NCBI RefSeq assembly: GCF_004010195.1
Contig: NC_057750.1
Location: 20,277,964-20,341,963 of the forward strand
Origin: Chiloscyllium plagiosum
Taxonomy: Eukaryota
Direction of reading: 5' to 3'
DNA length: 64,000 nucleotides
Of this stretch, positions 48,595 through 62,508 are shown in pieces. Under the pieces are notes generated by a model. The model was not told where the DNA came from. It did no database searches and saw only the letters and a list, made by a program, of their open reading frames with translations. A program made the translations under genes and the position numbers. Each line of letters starts with the position of its first letter. Within the stretch, counting starts at the first letter, position 1.

Positions 48595-48808
48595 CTGTGA
48601 CACACCCTCAGAACTAACCCTCGGACAGTGCAGCACTTTCTCTGGACTGACTGTCGGACAACGCGACATTACCTCATTACTGACTCTTGCTCAGTGCAGC
48701 ACTCCCTCAGTACTGACCCTTCTGCAGTGCAGCTCTTGCTCGGTACTAACCCTCTGACAGTGCAGCAAGCCCTTAGTACCGACCCTCTGACAGTGTGGCA
48801 CTCCCCTT
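48595..48808. repeat. About 33-bp minisatellite (about 6 degenerate copies)
   Basis: Unit approximately ctctgacagtgcagcactccctcagtactgacc. Confidence 0.8.
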
Positions 48809-48809
48809 A

Positions 48810-50505
48810 ACCTCCTGCAATGCAGGGAAAAACACACTTGATCTCACTGGAACAATCTGCCAGCTGCAGATGCGCCCGTTTGTGACAACATCCATAACAG
48901 TGACCACCATGCAGGCCTTGTGGAGATGGAAGTTCTCCTCTCATGTTGAGAATGCACTTCATCATGCTAAGGAGGACAGACTTCGAATAGATGCAGCAGC
49001 TCAAGACTGGACATCTATGAGGTGGTCTAGACCATCAAAAGCCACAGAACTGAACTCCAGCACAATCTGCAAACTCATGGCCTGGCATATCTCCCATTCA
49101 ACCATAATCATCAGCCAGGAGATCAATCCTGCTTCAATGGAGAGTGCAGGAGGCACATCCAGAGCAGCATGACGCATACTTAAAAATGAAGTGTCAAACT
49201 GGTGGAGCTATCAAACACAAGTGCTCGCATGCCAAACAGCACAAGTAGCAATGACAGGCAGAGTGAAGCAATTCCACAACCAGATCAGTTCAAAACTGGT
49301 CATGAATGGTGGTGGACAATGAAACAACTCACTGAGGCTGGCAGCTCCATCAATTCTCAAATGATGAAAGAGCACAACATATCAGTACAAAATATAAGAC
49401 CGAAGCATTCACAGCAATCTTCAGCCAGAAGTTCCAGTGATGATCCATCTCAGCTTCACAGGTATTCAGTCAATTTCGTTCACTCCATGTGATATCAAGA
49501 AACGGTTGGAGGCACTGGATACTGCAAAGGCTTTGGGGCCTAACAACATTCTGGCAATGGCACTGAAGACTTGTAGTTCACCCAGCCAAGCTGCAGTTAC
49601 AACAATGGCACCTCCCCAAAAATGTGAAAAATTGCCCAGGATATGTCCAATGCACAAAAAGAACAAATCCAAACTGGCCAATTACTGCCCGTCAGTCCAC
49701 TCTCCATCATTAGTAGAGGGACGGAAGGGGTCATCAACAGTGCTATTAAGCAGCATTTGCTCAACAATAAGCTGTTATTAAGCTCAGATTGGGTTCTGCC
49801 AGGGCCATTTAGGCTGTGACCTCATTACATCCTTTGTTCAAGGCATGGACGAAAGTGCTGAATTCCAAAGGTGAAGAGAGATCGACAGCCCTTGACATCA
49901 AGGCTGCATTCAGAGCGTGACATCAAGGAACGCTTGCAAAATGGAGTCAATGGGAATCATTGGTGGGAGTCGTACCTGTAACATGTGACGATGGCCGTGA
50001 TTATTGGAGGTCAATCATCTCAGATTCAGGACATCTTTGCACATGTTCCTCAGCGGAGTGTCCCCAACCCAACTATCTTCAGCTGCTTCATCAACGATCT
50101 TCCCTCCATCATAAGGTCAGAAGTGGGGATGCTCGACAATGACTGCACAATGTTCAGCACCATTTGTGATTCCTCAAGATACTGAAGCAGTCCATGTTTA
50201 AATGCAATAAGATATGGACAATATTCAGCTTTGGGCTGACAAGTAGCAAATGACATTCACGTTGTACAAGTGCCAAGATTGACCATCTCCAGTAAGAAAC
50301 CATGTAACCACCACCCCTTCATAGTCAACATCCAAACACCCCTTCATAGTCAACAACCAACAACCAGACACTTAACTGGGGGCTACAAGAGCAAGTCAGA
50401 GTAACTCACCTCCTGACTCCCAGGGCTTGTCCACCACCTATAAGACACATGCCAGGAGCACAGCTCCAATAACACTCAAGAAGCTTGGCACCATTCAGGA
50501 CAAGA
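48810..50505 (+). mobile_element. Second CR1/L2-like LINE family, ORF2 fragment
   Basis: LDTAKALGPNNI, ANYCP, LDIKAAF and FSCFINDLPSIIRSEVGM. Confidence 0.75.
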
Positions 50506-50536
50506 TAGACAGGCAGGAGGCTGAAAGAACACAGCA

Positions 50537-51695
50537 GTAGATGTGATCTACATGGACTTCATTAAGGTGTTCGACAAGGTTCCCATGGGAGACTGATTAG
50601 CAAGGTTAGATCTCACGGAATACAGGGAGAACTAGCCATTTGAATACAGAACTGGCTCAAAGGCAGAAGACAGAGGGTGGTGGTGGAAGGTTGTTTTTCG
50701 GACTGGAGGCCTATGACCAGTGGAGTGCCACAAGGATCGATGCTGCCTTCGCTACTTTACGTCAATTATATAAATGATTTGGTTGTGAGCATAACAGGTA
50801 CAGTTAAGAAAGTTTGCAGATGACACCAAAATTGGAGGTGTAGTGGACAGCGAAGAGGGTTACCTCAGATTGCAACAGGATCTTGATCAGATGGACCAAT
50901 GGGCTGAGAAGTGGCAGTTGGAACTTAATTCAGATAAATGCGAGGTGCTTCATTTGGGAAAGCAAATCTTAGCAGGACTTATACACTTAATGGTACGATC
51001 CTAGGGAGTGTTGCTGAACAAAGAGAGTGCAGGTTCATAGCTCCTTGAAAGTGGAGTCGCAGGTAGATAGGATAGTGAAGACGGCATTTGGTATGCTTCC
51101 CTTTATCGGTCAGAGTATTGAGTACAGGAGTTGGGAGGTCATGTTGCAGCTGGACAGGACATTGGTTAGGCCACTATTGGAATATTGTGTGCAATTCTGG
51201 TCTCCTTCCTATCGGAAAGAAGTTGTGAAACTTTAAAGGGTTCAGAAAAGATTCACAAGCATGTTGCCAGGGTTGGAGGGTTTGAGCTACAGGGAGAGGC
51301 TGAACAGGCTGGGGCTGTTTGCCCTGGAGTGTCGGAGGCTGAGGGGTGACCTTATAGAGGTTTACAAAATTATGAGGGGCATGGAGAGGATAAATAGACA
51401 AAGTCTTTTCCCTGGGGTGGGGCAATCCAGAAGTAGAGGGCATAGGTTTAGAGTGAGGGGAAAGATGTAAAAGAGACCCAAGGAGCAACTTTTTCAGTCA
51501 GACGATGGTATGTGTATGGAATGAGCTGCCAGAGGAAGTGGTGGAGGTTGGTACAATTGCAACAGTTAAGAGACATTTGGATGGGTTTATAAATAGGTAG
51601 GGTTTGGAGGGATATGGGCTGGTGCTGGCAGGTGGGATGAGGTTGGGTTAGAATATCTGATCGGTTTGGATAGGTTGGACCGAAGGGTCTGTTTC
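50537..51695 (+). mobile_element. CR1 LINE, RT to 3' UTR
   Basis: VDVIYMDF, FADDTK and RPLLEYCVQFWSPSY, followed by the 3' UTR. Confidence 0.9.
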
Positions 51696-53430
51696 TATAA
51701 AACAAAAAAATGTGACTACGGCAAACATTGCTCCTTTACAGGACGAGAAGGGGAATTTCGTAATGGGATATGATGAAATGGCCAAGTCATTGAACAGATA
51801 TTGTGTGTCGGTCTTCACAGTGGAGGACACCAATAACATGCCAGATTTTTTTATCCAGGTAAGACCTGGATAAAAAAATCATCATCAAAGAGGTAGTGTT
51901 GGGTAAGCTAATGGAGTTAAGGGTAAACAAGTCTTCTGCCCCTGATGGAATACTTCCCAGGGTACTAAAAGAGATGGCAGGAGAAATAGCATATGGAATT
52001 GTGGAAACTTTCCAAACTTTGCTGAACGCTGTGGCAGTTCCAGCAGATTGGAAAACAGCAAATGTGACACTACTGTTTAAAAAGGGAGATAGTCAAAAGA
52101 TGGGGAATTATAGGCTAGTTAATGTAACTTCTGCAGTGAGGAAAATGCATGAGTCTATTATCAAGGAAGAAATAGTAACACATCAAGATAGAAATTGTTT
52201 TGTCAGGGAGATGCAGCATAGTTTCATGAAAGGCAAGTCATGCTTAACTAACCTTCTGAAATTCTATGAAGACATTATGAACAAGAGGGACAACAGGGAC
52301 CCAGTAGATGTGGTGTGACTAGATTTCCAAAAGGCATTTGAAAAGGTAGAACACAAAAGATTGCTGCATCAGATAAAGATGCATGGCATTATGGTCAATA
52401 TATTAGCATGGATAGAGGATTTGTTAACTAACAAGAAGCAAAGAGTGGGAATAAATGAGTGCTTTTCTGGTTGGCGATCAGAGGCTACTGGTGTGCCTCA
52501 GGGATCAGTGTTGGGAGCGTAATTATTCACAATTTACATTGATGATTCGGAGTCAGGAACCACGTCTCATGTGTCAAAGTTTGCAGATGACACTAAGGTG
52601 AGTGGTAGAGCAAAGTGTGTAGAGGACTGTGCAGAGGAACACATAGTTTAAGTGAATGGGTAAGGGTCTGGCAGATGGAGTACAATATTAATAAATGTGA
52701 AATCGACTAATATTTGAATGGTAAGAAATTGCAGCACGCTGCTATGCACAGGGACCTGGGTGTCCTTGTGCATGAATCACAGAGGTTGGTCTGGAGATGC
52801 AACAGGTAATTCAGAAAGCAAATGTAATTTTGTCTTCCATTGTTGAAGGAATCGAGTTTAAAAGCAGGGAGATGATGTTGCAGCTGGATACGATGCTGGT
52901 GAGGCCACACCTGGAGTACTGTGCACAGTTTTGGACAAAGTACATACTGGCACTGGAGGGGGTGCAGAGGAAGTTCACTTGGTTGATTCCGGAGTTGAGA
53001 GGGTCGGCTTACGAGAAGAGACTGAGTCGACTGGGATTATAGTCACTGGAATTTAGAAGAATGTCGGGGTGGGGGGAAATCTTATGGAAACATATAAAAT
53101 TATGAATGGAATAAATAAGATAGAAATCGAGAGGATATTTCAACTGGCAGGTGAAACCAGGACAAAGGTTACAGCCTCAAAATTACGGGCAGCAGATTTG
53201 GGACCAAATTGAGAAGCAACATCGTCACCCAAAGGGTTGTGAATCTATGGAATTCCCTGCCCAGTGAATTGGTTGAGGCTTCCTCAGTAAATGCTTTTAA
53301 AGCAAGATAGATACTTTTTTGAACAGTAAAGGAATTAAAGTTTATGGAGAGAGGGCGACTGAGTGAGGTTGAGGCCATGAAAAGACCAGCCATGATCTTA
53401 CTGAATGGTGGAGCAGGCTCGAAGGACTAC
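51696..53430 (+). mobile_element. CR1 LINE, ORF2 fragment to 3' UTR (different subfamily)
   Basis: DWKTANVTLLFKKG, KGKSCLTNLL and RPHLEYCAQFW. Confidence 0.88.
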
Positions 53431-53462
53431 TGCAGATGGACAACGTCTGCTCCGAGTTCTTA

Positions 53463-54985
53463 ACGTCTTCTACCTTTGAGCCAGTTGTGTGTCCAAATAA
53501 CTAGCTCTCCTGGTCTTCCATGTGATCTAATCTTGCTAACCGATCTACCAAGAGGAACCTTGTTGAATGCCTTACTGAAGTCCACATAGATCACAACCAC
53601 CACTCTTCTCTCATCAATCCCCTTTGTTAAGTCTTCAAAAAAAATCAATTAAGTTAGTGAAACATGATTCCCCACGCACAAAGTCATGTTGGCTATCCTT
53701 ATCAGTCCTTGCCTTTCCAAATACATGTAAATCCTGTCCCTGAGGATTCCCTTCAATAATTTGCCCACCACCGATGTCAGACTCACCATCTATAGTTTCC
53801 TGGCTTCTCCTTACCACCTTTCTTAAACAGTGGCACCACGTTAGCCAACCTCCAGTCTTCCAGCACCTCAACTGTGACTATCGATGATACATATGTCTCA
53901 GCAAGGGGCCCAGCAATCACTTCCCTAGCTTCCCACGGAGTCCCACCAGAAAAGATTCTGGGGATTTAGCCAACCTCATGTGTTTTAAGACATCCAACAC
54001 AACTTCCTCTGTATATGGAGATTTTTCAAGATGCCACCATCTATTTCCCCACAGTCTATATCTTCCATGTCCTTCTCCACAGATAATACGGATGCAAAAA
54101 ATTCGTTTAGTGTCTTCTTCCATCTCCTGCGGTTCCACACACAGGCCGCCTTGCTGATCGTTAAGGGACCCCATTCTCCCCAGAATTAGCCTTTGGTCCT
54201 TAATGTATTTATAAAATCCCCTTCGTTTTTCTTTAACCCCATATGCCAAATCTATCTCATATCCCCCTGTTGCCCTTCTTATTTCCCTCTTAAGTAAACT
54301 CCTAAGTTTGTACTGTTCTGAGGATTCACTCGATCTCAGCTGTCAATAGCTGACATATGCTTCGCTCTTTTTCTTAATCAAAACTTCAGTTTGTCCAGTC
54401 ATCCAGCATTTCCTGGACTTACCAGCATCTCCTTTTACCCTAACAGGAACATACTGCCTCTGGACTTTCATGAGCTAATTTCTGAAGGTTTCCCATTTTC
54501 CAACCATCCCTTTATCTGCATTCATCCACCCCCAAGCAACTTTTGAAAATGTTGCCTCATACCAAGAAAACTGGCCTTGCTCCAATTTAGAACTAAAACT
54601 TTTAGATCCGGTCTATCCTTTTCCATCACTATTTTAAAACAAATAGAATTATGGTCGCTGGCACCAAAGTGCTCTCCCACTGACCCTGCCTTATTTCCCA
54701 AGAGTAGCCAATTTTGCACTTAAGACTATGGCAGTCCCAGCCTATGTTTGGAAAGTTAAAATCCTCTACCAAAAGCACCCTATTATTTTTACTGATAACT
54801 GAAATCTCCTTCCAAATTTGTTTCTCAATTTTCCGATGACGATTGGTGGGTCTATCATCCAATCCCAATAAGGAGATCCTCATTTTCATATTTCTCAGTT
54901 CCACCCAAATAACTTTACTGCATGTATTCCCAGGAATATCCTCCCTAAGTACAGACATAACTTGATCCCTTATCAAAAACACCAC
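53463..54985 (-). mobile_element. CR1 LINE ORF2 fragment (endonuclease to RT)
   Basis: EDFNFPNIGW, SDHNSICF and IYVDFSKAFNKVP. Confidence 0.85.
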
Positions 54986-55009
54986 TCCAGTTACAATCAC
55001 CAGTCAACA

Positions 55010-57890
55010 AAAGGAGCACGAGCCATCCGGTCAGAGTCCTTCAGTATGGAGACAGGCCGACCAAAATGTCCATCCACACTAATCCCATTCCTCTGCACTT
55101 GGCCCATATCCTTCTCATCCTTTCCTATCCATATATTTGCACAAATGCCTTTTAAAAGTTATTCATGTGCCTGACTCAACTACTTCCGCTGGCAGCTCAT
55201 TCCATATGCTTACCATCCTCTGTGTAAAGAAGTTGCTCCTCAGGTTCCCTTTTATTCTTTCCCCTCTAACCTTAAACTAATGCCCTCTAGTCCTCGATTC
55301 CCCAACTCTGGGAAAAAGAGAGGCACAGATAGAATGAATGCACAGTCACGCTCTTATACACTTCCGTAAGGATCCCCCTCAGTCTCTTACACTCCAAAGA
55401 AACAAGTCCCAGCCTGTCCAACTTCTTCCTGTAACTTAGACCGTTGAGTCCAGGCATCATGCTTGTACATTTTTTCTGCACTCTTTCCAGTTTAATAATA
55501 TCCTTCCTATACAGGGTTAACAAAACTGAACACAATACTCCAAGCACGGCTTCCTGTATAACTGCATCATAACTTCCCAACTTCTATACTCAATGCCCTG
55601 ACTGATGAAGGCCAGTGTGCCAAAAGCCTTCTGCATTGTCCTGTCTACCTGAGACTCCACTTGCAGTGAACTATGCACCTGAACTCCAAGGTCCCTCTGT
55701 TCCACTGCACTCCTTAAGGCGCACGAAACTCCTACCTTGATTTGACTTTCCAAAATGCAAGACCTCACACTTATCTGTATTAAACTCCATTTGCCATTTC
55801 TCGGCCCACCTCCCCATCTGGTCAAGGTTCTGCTGCAATTACTGATAACCTTCCTCACTGTCCCTGATACCGACTATTTTAGTGTCATCAGCAAACTTAC
55901 TAATCATGCCTTGTACATTCTCTTCCAAATCGTTGATATAGATAACAAACAGCAGTGGGGCCAGCACGGAGCCCTGAAGCACTCCACCAGTCGCAGGCCT
56001 CCAGTCTGACAAGTATCCTTACACTATTACCCTCTGCTTCCTACCATCAAGCCAACTGTGTATCCAATTTGTCCGGTTCACCCTGGATTCCATGTGATCT
56101 AACCTTTCAGAGCAGCCTACCATGTGGAACCCTATCAAAGGTCATATAGACCATGTCAATTGCACTGCCCTCATCAACTTTCCTGGTCACATCATTAAAG
56201 AATTCTCACAAATTTGTGAGGCATGATCTTGCACTCACAAAACCATGCTGATTACTTCGATTCAAACCCTGTGTTTCCTAATGCACGTATATCTTATCTC
56301 TCAGAATCTTCTCAAGTAACTTACCCACCACAGATGTTAGTCTTACTGGTCTACAGTTCCCATGCTTTTCTTTGCAGTCCTTCTTGAATAAGGGCACAAC
56401 ATTCGCTATCCTCCAGCTTTCCGGTACCTTACCTGAGCCTAACAACGATGCAAAAATATCAGCCAGGGCTCCTGCAATTTCTTCCCTACTCTCTCGCAGT
56501 GTTCTTGGATACTACCAGTCAGGACCAGGAAATTTATTCACCTTCATACATTCATCCAACACCTCTTCTGTTGCGATCTGGACTGACCCCAAGATATGAC
56601 CATTAACTTCCCTAAGATCCCAAGTCTTCACGTCTTTCTCCATGGCAAAAACAGAGGAGAAATATTCATTGAGAACCTTGCCCATCCCCTTAGGTTCTGC
56701 ACATACATGTTCACTTTGGTCCTTGAGGGGCCCTATTCTCTCTCGAGTTATTCTTTTTCCTTGAATATACTTAAAGAACTTCTTTAGATTCACACTAATC
56801 TTCTCAGCCAAGGCTATCTCGTGCCCGCTTTTCACCCTCCTGATTTCCTACTTCAGTAAAGTCCTGTATTCCCCTGTATACCTCCAGGGATTCCCTTGAT
56901 CCCAGCTGCCTGGGATAACTCCTTTTTTCTGGTCAAAGCCTCCATACCTTTTGTCAATCAGAGTTCCCTAATCCTGCCAGCCTTGCCCTTCACCCTTACA
57001 GGAACATATAGACCTTGAACTCTAGCTATCTCACTTTTAAAGGAATCCCACTTCCTGGAGGTCCCTTTGTCTGCAAACAAACTTCACCAATCGACCCCTG
57101 CTAGCTCCTGACTAATTCCATCAACATTTGCCTTGCCCCAATTTAGAACTTGAACCTGTGGACCAGGTTTGTCCCTCTCCATAACTATTTTAAAACTGTT
57201 ACAACTATGGTCACTGGTCCCAAAGTACTCCTTCACTGTCACCTCCATCACCTGTTCTGCCCTATTTTCCAACAGTAGGTTGAGGTTTATCCCTTCATCA
57301 GAAGGACCCTCTCGATATTGTTTGAGGAAACTTTTCTCAATACACTTCACAACCTCATCTCAGCCCTTAACATTCTGGCAGTCCCAGTCTCTGTTAGGAA
57401 AATTAAAATCCCAACTATGACAACCCTATCGCTCCTGCAACTCTCACCAGTCTCTCTGCATATTTGTTCCTCTAATTCCTGTTGACTATCTGGGGGCCTA
57501 TAGTATAACACCAATAACATCACCAGTCCCTTATTATTTCTTACCTCCACTCACACACCCTCAATGGATGATCCCTCAGTTATTTCAACTCCGATTACTG
57601 CTATGATAGCCGCCTTAACCAAAAATGCAACTCCCCTCCCCTTCCACCACCTCTGTCCCACCTAAAGCACCTGTAACCTGGTACATGAAGCTGCTAGTCC
57701 TGTGCCTCCCTTAGCCACGTTTCTGCAATAGCTATAATAACCCAGTTCCACATACCTATCCACGCCCTGAGTTCATCAGCCTTATCTGTCAGCACTCTTA
57801 CATTGAAATAGATGCAACTTAATCCAACAGGCATTCCTTACTCTCTGCCATGTTCCAGCCTGACCTCTCTCTGCAACCTACGTTTTCTGA
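55010..57890 (-). mobile_element. CR1 LINE ORF2 to 3' UTR, decayed; same subfamily as 23170-25775
   Basis: YYRPPDS, GTSDH, KKFFKYIQGKR and QRDLGVQVH. Confidence 0.88.
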
Positions 57891-57960
57891 TTACTGTATC
57901 TCCTTTGAGCTTCCTTGCTGTTGAGGATTCCACGCTCCTGTAGTCAAGTTGCAGAAATAC

Positions 57961-58118
57961 CTGAGATTGTCATCTGCACCTCCGACTATCACCAAACTGT
58001 TTTCAGCTCGAATCTTCTCCCGGAAATCCTCAACGGCATCAGTGTTGCATTGCACTGAGTTCTGTCCCATCACAAATAAGACAGGTGTCTTCATATCCAG
58101 TAATGGGTCATCGACATC
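57961..58118 (-). CDS. KANSL3: KANSL3 exon, 158 nt ([21 protein letters not shown]...[11 protein letters not shown])
   Basis: Highly conserved alpha/beta-hydrolase-like segment. Acceptor catcag, donor AG|gtattt, phase 0/2. Confidence 0.96.
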
Positions 58119-58289
58119 CTGATGGGGAAATTTGGACATTTAACATTTGGGTGACAACCTTCAGAATGGTCCTCAAACATTGCATGCATCTTTGAATCAA
58201 ACTTCCTTGAAACAAATAGAGGCACTAGTGTCCTGTTCAATGAGTTAGCAATGATCAGTGACACCACTTTTGACCCCTAACTCCTGAGA

Positions 58290-59450
58290 TTTCATATGAA
58301 AAAGGAGCAGCCCATTCAGCCCCTCAAGTTGGTTCTTCTCCTCAATGAGATAATAGCTGACCTTCCACTGCCGTACAATTTAGTACGGCTTTAAAATTTA
58401 GAACTGGTCTGGCACTAATTACCATTTTCACAAAACAATTGCAAACCTCGACTTCCTGTCTGCATTGAAGTCTTTCCAACTTTCATTTCAGGAAGACTAG
58501 ATTCTAAACATTTTGAATACCACAATGAATTCTGGACTCCTCACCCAACAGAAAAAAATTCTTTCCATCCTATCTATCGTCTTAATTCAGGATTTCAGTA
58601 AATTATCACTCAACTTTCAAAATTGGAGGCAACAAAATCACAGTTTCTACAATCTCTCATTCTAACAACCATTAGAAGTCAGATATGATTTTGGTAAATT
58701 GACTCTGTACTACCTCTAAAGCTGAAACATCCTTTCTTAAGGATTGTTCTTTGAGCAGCTCGCAGCATTTAAGGTGAGGTTTCACCAGGACCTTGGATAG
58801 CTGGAGCATGACCTGTACATGTATCATTGTTCCTGAAATAAAAGATAGCAGTCTGATTTTGATCATCTTCTATCACTTCTGTGACTTTTCTGCAAACCTC
58901 TTTGGACTGCTACAGTTTGTACTTTCTTACTGTTTAGTCTATACTCTGTACTAACCTTTGGTCCAAAGTGGACAGTTTCAGTTGCATAAATTGAAATCCA
59001 CTGATCAGTTTTAGTCATTCACTTATTCCACCAACATCTCTCCAGAATTTAATTTTCTATCTATACTATTTCAGTGCTGCCTATCACTGTCTCATCTGTT
59101 AATCACAGTTAGACGCTGCCAAACTTGATACATTGCTTTTGCACTCAGCACCCATACCATTGATTTTTAAAAAAAAATGAATAGTGAAGGTGCCAAGACA
59201 GAGCACTGTGGGACACCCTTGGTCACATGCTATCACTGTCTGTCTCCTGCTGCTCAGCTGCACTGTGAACAAGGTCAACCTTTGCCTTCAATTCTGTGAG
59301 CTTCAACTTTAGCGAAAGGCCTGAGATGAGGGATTTAATCGCTACCTTCCAAGAGTCCATACATTAAGATACACAGACAAATTCCATCCACACTCTGTGG
59401 TACCTTTCAAAATAACTTATCGAATTCAAGAGGCAAGAGTTACACTTTTC
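58290..59450 (-). mobile_element. Old CR1 LINE remnant
   Basis: LSKVLVKPHLKCC...ALEVVQSQFTK. Confidence 0.55.
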
Positions 59451-60462
59451 TAGCAAGGTGTACACCCAAGTTGAATTGTAGACCAGGGTAACTTCCAGAC
59501 AACAGACATTAGGTGAACTGGTATACAGTACAATTCCCGAGCTCTGCTCTCTCAACTTATTTCCAAAGGTCAATTGATGTGCATAACATTTTAACTAAAA
59601 AGGACAGTTCAAAACACAAAGGGAACTTAGTAAACTTTTTCAACATGCTGCCATCTAGCTCCACTATAAATATGGACTGAAACCTAGGGCTCAAATTCAG
59701 ATCACTGCACAACAGGCAATCACTTGGGTACATGTGCATGTGCTGGCTTTCTTCAAGGGCATCTCAGCTCACTGCCCCCCACCTTTTCTCTGTGGCCATG
59801 CAAATGTTCGATATCTACATATTATCAGACAAATTTCCTGGTATCGGTTTTGAAGAGGTTGGCATTAAAGCCAAACACTTTTTTTCCCCCCCCCAGTATA
59901 ACTGTATGTATATTTTAATGTGGATTATGAGATCTCAACACTTTTATATTTCTTTTTTTAGCTGGTTATGTGATGGGTCATCCATAACGTTTCTTTTTAT
60001 TGGCCTACTTTTCAGCACTGAGGTATTTTTGCATTCTGAATGCTCTGTCAACATTTATGTTACCTCTGACCTGTTGTCATCAGCTTTTCTTTTTGCTAAG
60101 TTAGCACTGGTCCACAGAAGAGGGTGAACTAGTTTTAGGCCACATTAATTTCTTGAGCAAACTGCACTGATTTTCTACAGGCTTATCCATAAACAGATCA
60201 ATTCATTTTCATATGAAGATTATCTGGATTGTTGAGCTGAAATTAGCTTTAGTCCCTATTTCACACTTCTTCCTTTCCAACACTTAATTAATCCTAACTA
60301 ATTAACAACCCAAAATTTAATGTAGCCTTAAGCTAACTAATCCAAAGCCATATTACTTAGCCCTGGAATGTTTGATGGAACATGGGAAATTGAGCTTTAT
60401 TCTGTACCTAACTGTGTGTTGTACTTGCCTTCAGAGTTTAGAAAGCGCGTTAATTTGATGAG

Positions 60463-60756
60463 ATTAGACTCCCTACAGTGTGGAAACAGGTCCATCGGCC
60501 CAACCAGTCCACACCAACCCTCCGAAGAGTAACCCACCCAGACCCATTTACCCCTGAATCATGCACCTCACGCTATGGGCAATTTAGCATGCATATCTTT
60601 GGACTGTGCGACGAAACCAGAGCACCCGGAGAAAACCCACGCAGACACGGGGAGAATGTGCAAACTCCACACAGACAGTTGCCCAAGGCTGGAATCGAAC
60701 CCGGGTCCCTGGCACTGTAAGGCAGCAGTGCTAACCACTCAGCTACCATGCTGCCC
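60463..60756 (-). mobile_element. Full-length tRNA-derived V-domain SINE (HE1-like) with a CR1-like tail
   Basis: Minus strand starts GGGCAGCATGGTAGCTGAGTGG (A box) and has GGTTCGATTCC (B box). V core GTGTGGAGTTTGCACATTCTCCCCGTGTCTGCGTGGGTTT. The 3' end gggccgatggacctgtttccacactgtaggga resembles CR1 tails. Confidence 0.85.
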
Positions 60757-60779
60757 TTTATTTTTTAACTAAGTAATAC

Positions 60780-61228
60780 AGCAATGAAACACATCCTTCA
60801 GCCCAATTCATCTATGCTGACCAGGTTTCCTGAATTGAAATGGTCCCATGTGTCTGTGTTTGGCTCATATCCCTCTGCCCCTTTCCTATCCGTGTCCCTG
60901 ACCAAGTGTATTTTACATGTTGCAATTGTACTCACCTCTACTACTTCAGCTGGCAGCTCATTCCGTACATGCAACACGCTACATGCAAAAACGCTGTTTC
61001 TCATGTCTATTTAAAATCTCTCTTCTCACCTTAAAATTATGCCCTCCAGTTTTGGATTCCCCCACCCCATGGGGAAAGAACTTTTGCCAATCACCTTATG
61101 TGTGGCCCTCATGAGTTCATAAATCTCACCCCTCAACATCCTACACTCCAGGGAAAAATAGTCCCAGCTTGTTCAGCCTCTCTTTGTAACTCAAGCTCTC
61201 CTGACTTGGTGATATCCTTGTAAACCTT
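60780..61228 (-). mobile_element. CR1 LINE 3' end
   Basis: NELPAEVVEVSTIAT peptide and a CR1 3' UTR. Confidence 0.75.
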
Positions 61229-61337
61229 GAAAATATGCAGTGTATCTTCCCACCGAATATGTTTTGAAGTTAAAAAATAGTTTCACTGTCCAAATCATTA
61301 CTTATAATAAAAATAATTGAAATGATGTGATCCTTAC

Positions 61338-61412
61338 TCCTCTTGGTCCTTCCACAGTGAGCAGAGGAAATCCAAGGCAGACAACAGCTGAGACAAATTC
61401 CATCATTGAGAC
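61338..61412 (-). CDS. KANSL3: KANSL3 exon, 75 nt ([25 protein letters not shown])
   Basis: Near-identical to human [25 protein letters not shown]. Acceptor tgtgcag, donor GGA|gtaagg, phase 0/0. Confidence 0.95.
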
Positions 61413-62009
61413 CTGCACAGAGACACAACTACCAACTTGAGACATCATCCCCGTTATTACAACAATCATGCAGCTCAATGAAGAATTTCATTGTCTACGA
61501 AGCACTGTATAACACTGTGAGCTCGTGAGCATTGCATCAAGATAAATAAAGACTTGGAACAACACACCAATGTGGGGTAGAAACTGTACTTGCCCAGGTT
61601 TCACTAAGTGCCTCAGCATATGATAAAGCACTTTACACAAAGAGTCAGTGTTACACTCATCAATGGTGCCCATGGAGAGAACAGAAAACAGCCAGACTAC
61701 CCTGTGATCCAACCAGCAAACATTTGATGGACTCTCTCATGATGCCCCTATCACCTGTCTGTGCACTGCACAAGTTTATGCCAGGCAGACTATCTGTTCT
61801 CACTGCTGGACAGGTGATTGCTCCCATTTGAATCAGGATGTATAAACTAAACTGGGGTCAACTCCACCATTTTCTGGATGTGAGAAGTACCATCAATGCC
61901 CAGCCTTAACCCAGGCTCCTGTGTACCTACTTTAGACATACTGACCAGCTTAAGGCATGTCCTGCTGCCTCAGATTCTGCATTTATTGCCAGGATTCTGG
62001 AATACAGCA

Positions 62010-62258
62010 TTTTTCCAATCCTTGACTCTGAATTACTACTAATTCCCAATTCCTGAACTCAAATTATTCGGATTACTGCCCATTCCTAATCCCTGATTGT
62101 GGATTTCTGCCTGTCCCAGTCCCAGGCTCCAGAAAACTACCTATCCCCAATCCCTTAATTACTGCCAATTTCCAATTCCTGTCTCCAGATGACTACCTTT
62201 TTCCAATTCGTGCCCATTCCCAATCCCTGACTCATAATTTCTGCCAGTTCAATCACTG
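62010..62258. repeat. Degenerate tandem repeat, unit about 30 bp
   Basis: Recurring attactgcccattcc(c/t)aatccctga(c/t)tc, about 7-8 copies. Confidence 0.65.
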
Positions 62259-62508
62259 ATGATCTGACAAACTTCTTCTCACTTGTTTCAATGACTGAGA
62301 TTCTTCTCCCTCATCAAAAACCCCTTCACTTCTCACTCAACATTGAGTACTCTTTGAATTAAAGATATCTTTCTCTTCGTGAGCTATGCTATATAAATGA
62401 GAGATGCTGTTGTTCAGTGGTCAGGGTTCAAGGGAGGGCACTAGCCCTGGATATGGTTCAACCTCCCCACTTCAACTTATCAGAACAGGCCAAACTCAGG
62501 TTCCTTAC

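Noticed and set aside
48595..48808. Regularly spaced repeats superficially like a CRISPR array
   Set aside because: The units are directly tandem with no unique spacers, there are no cas genes, and the context is a vertebrate intron.
60680..60756. tRNA-like sequence with A and B boxes
   Set aside because: It is the head of a V-domain SINE, continuous with the V core and the CR1-like tail, so not a tRNA gene.
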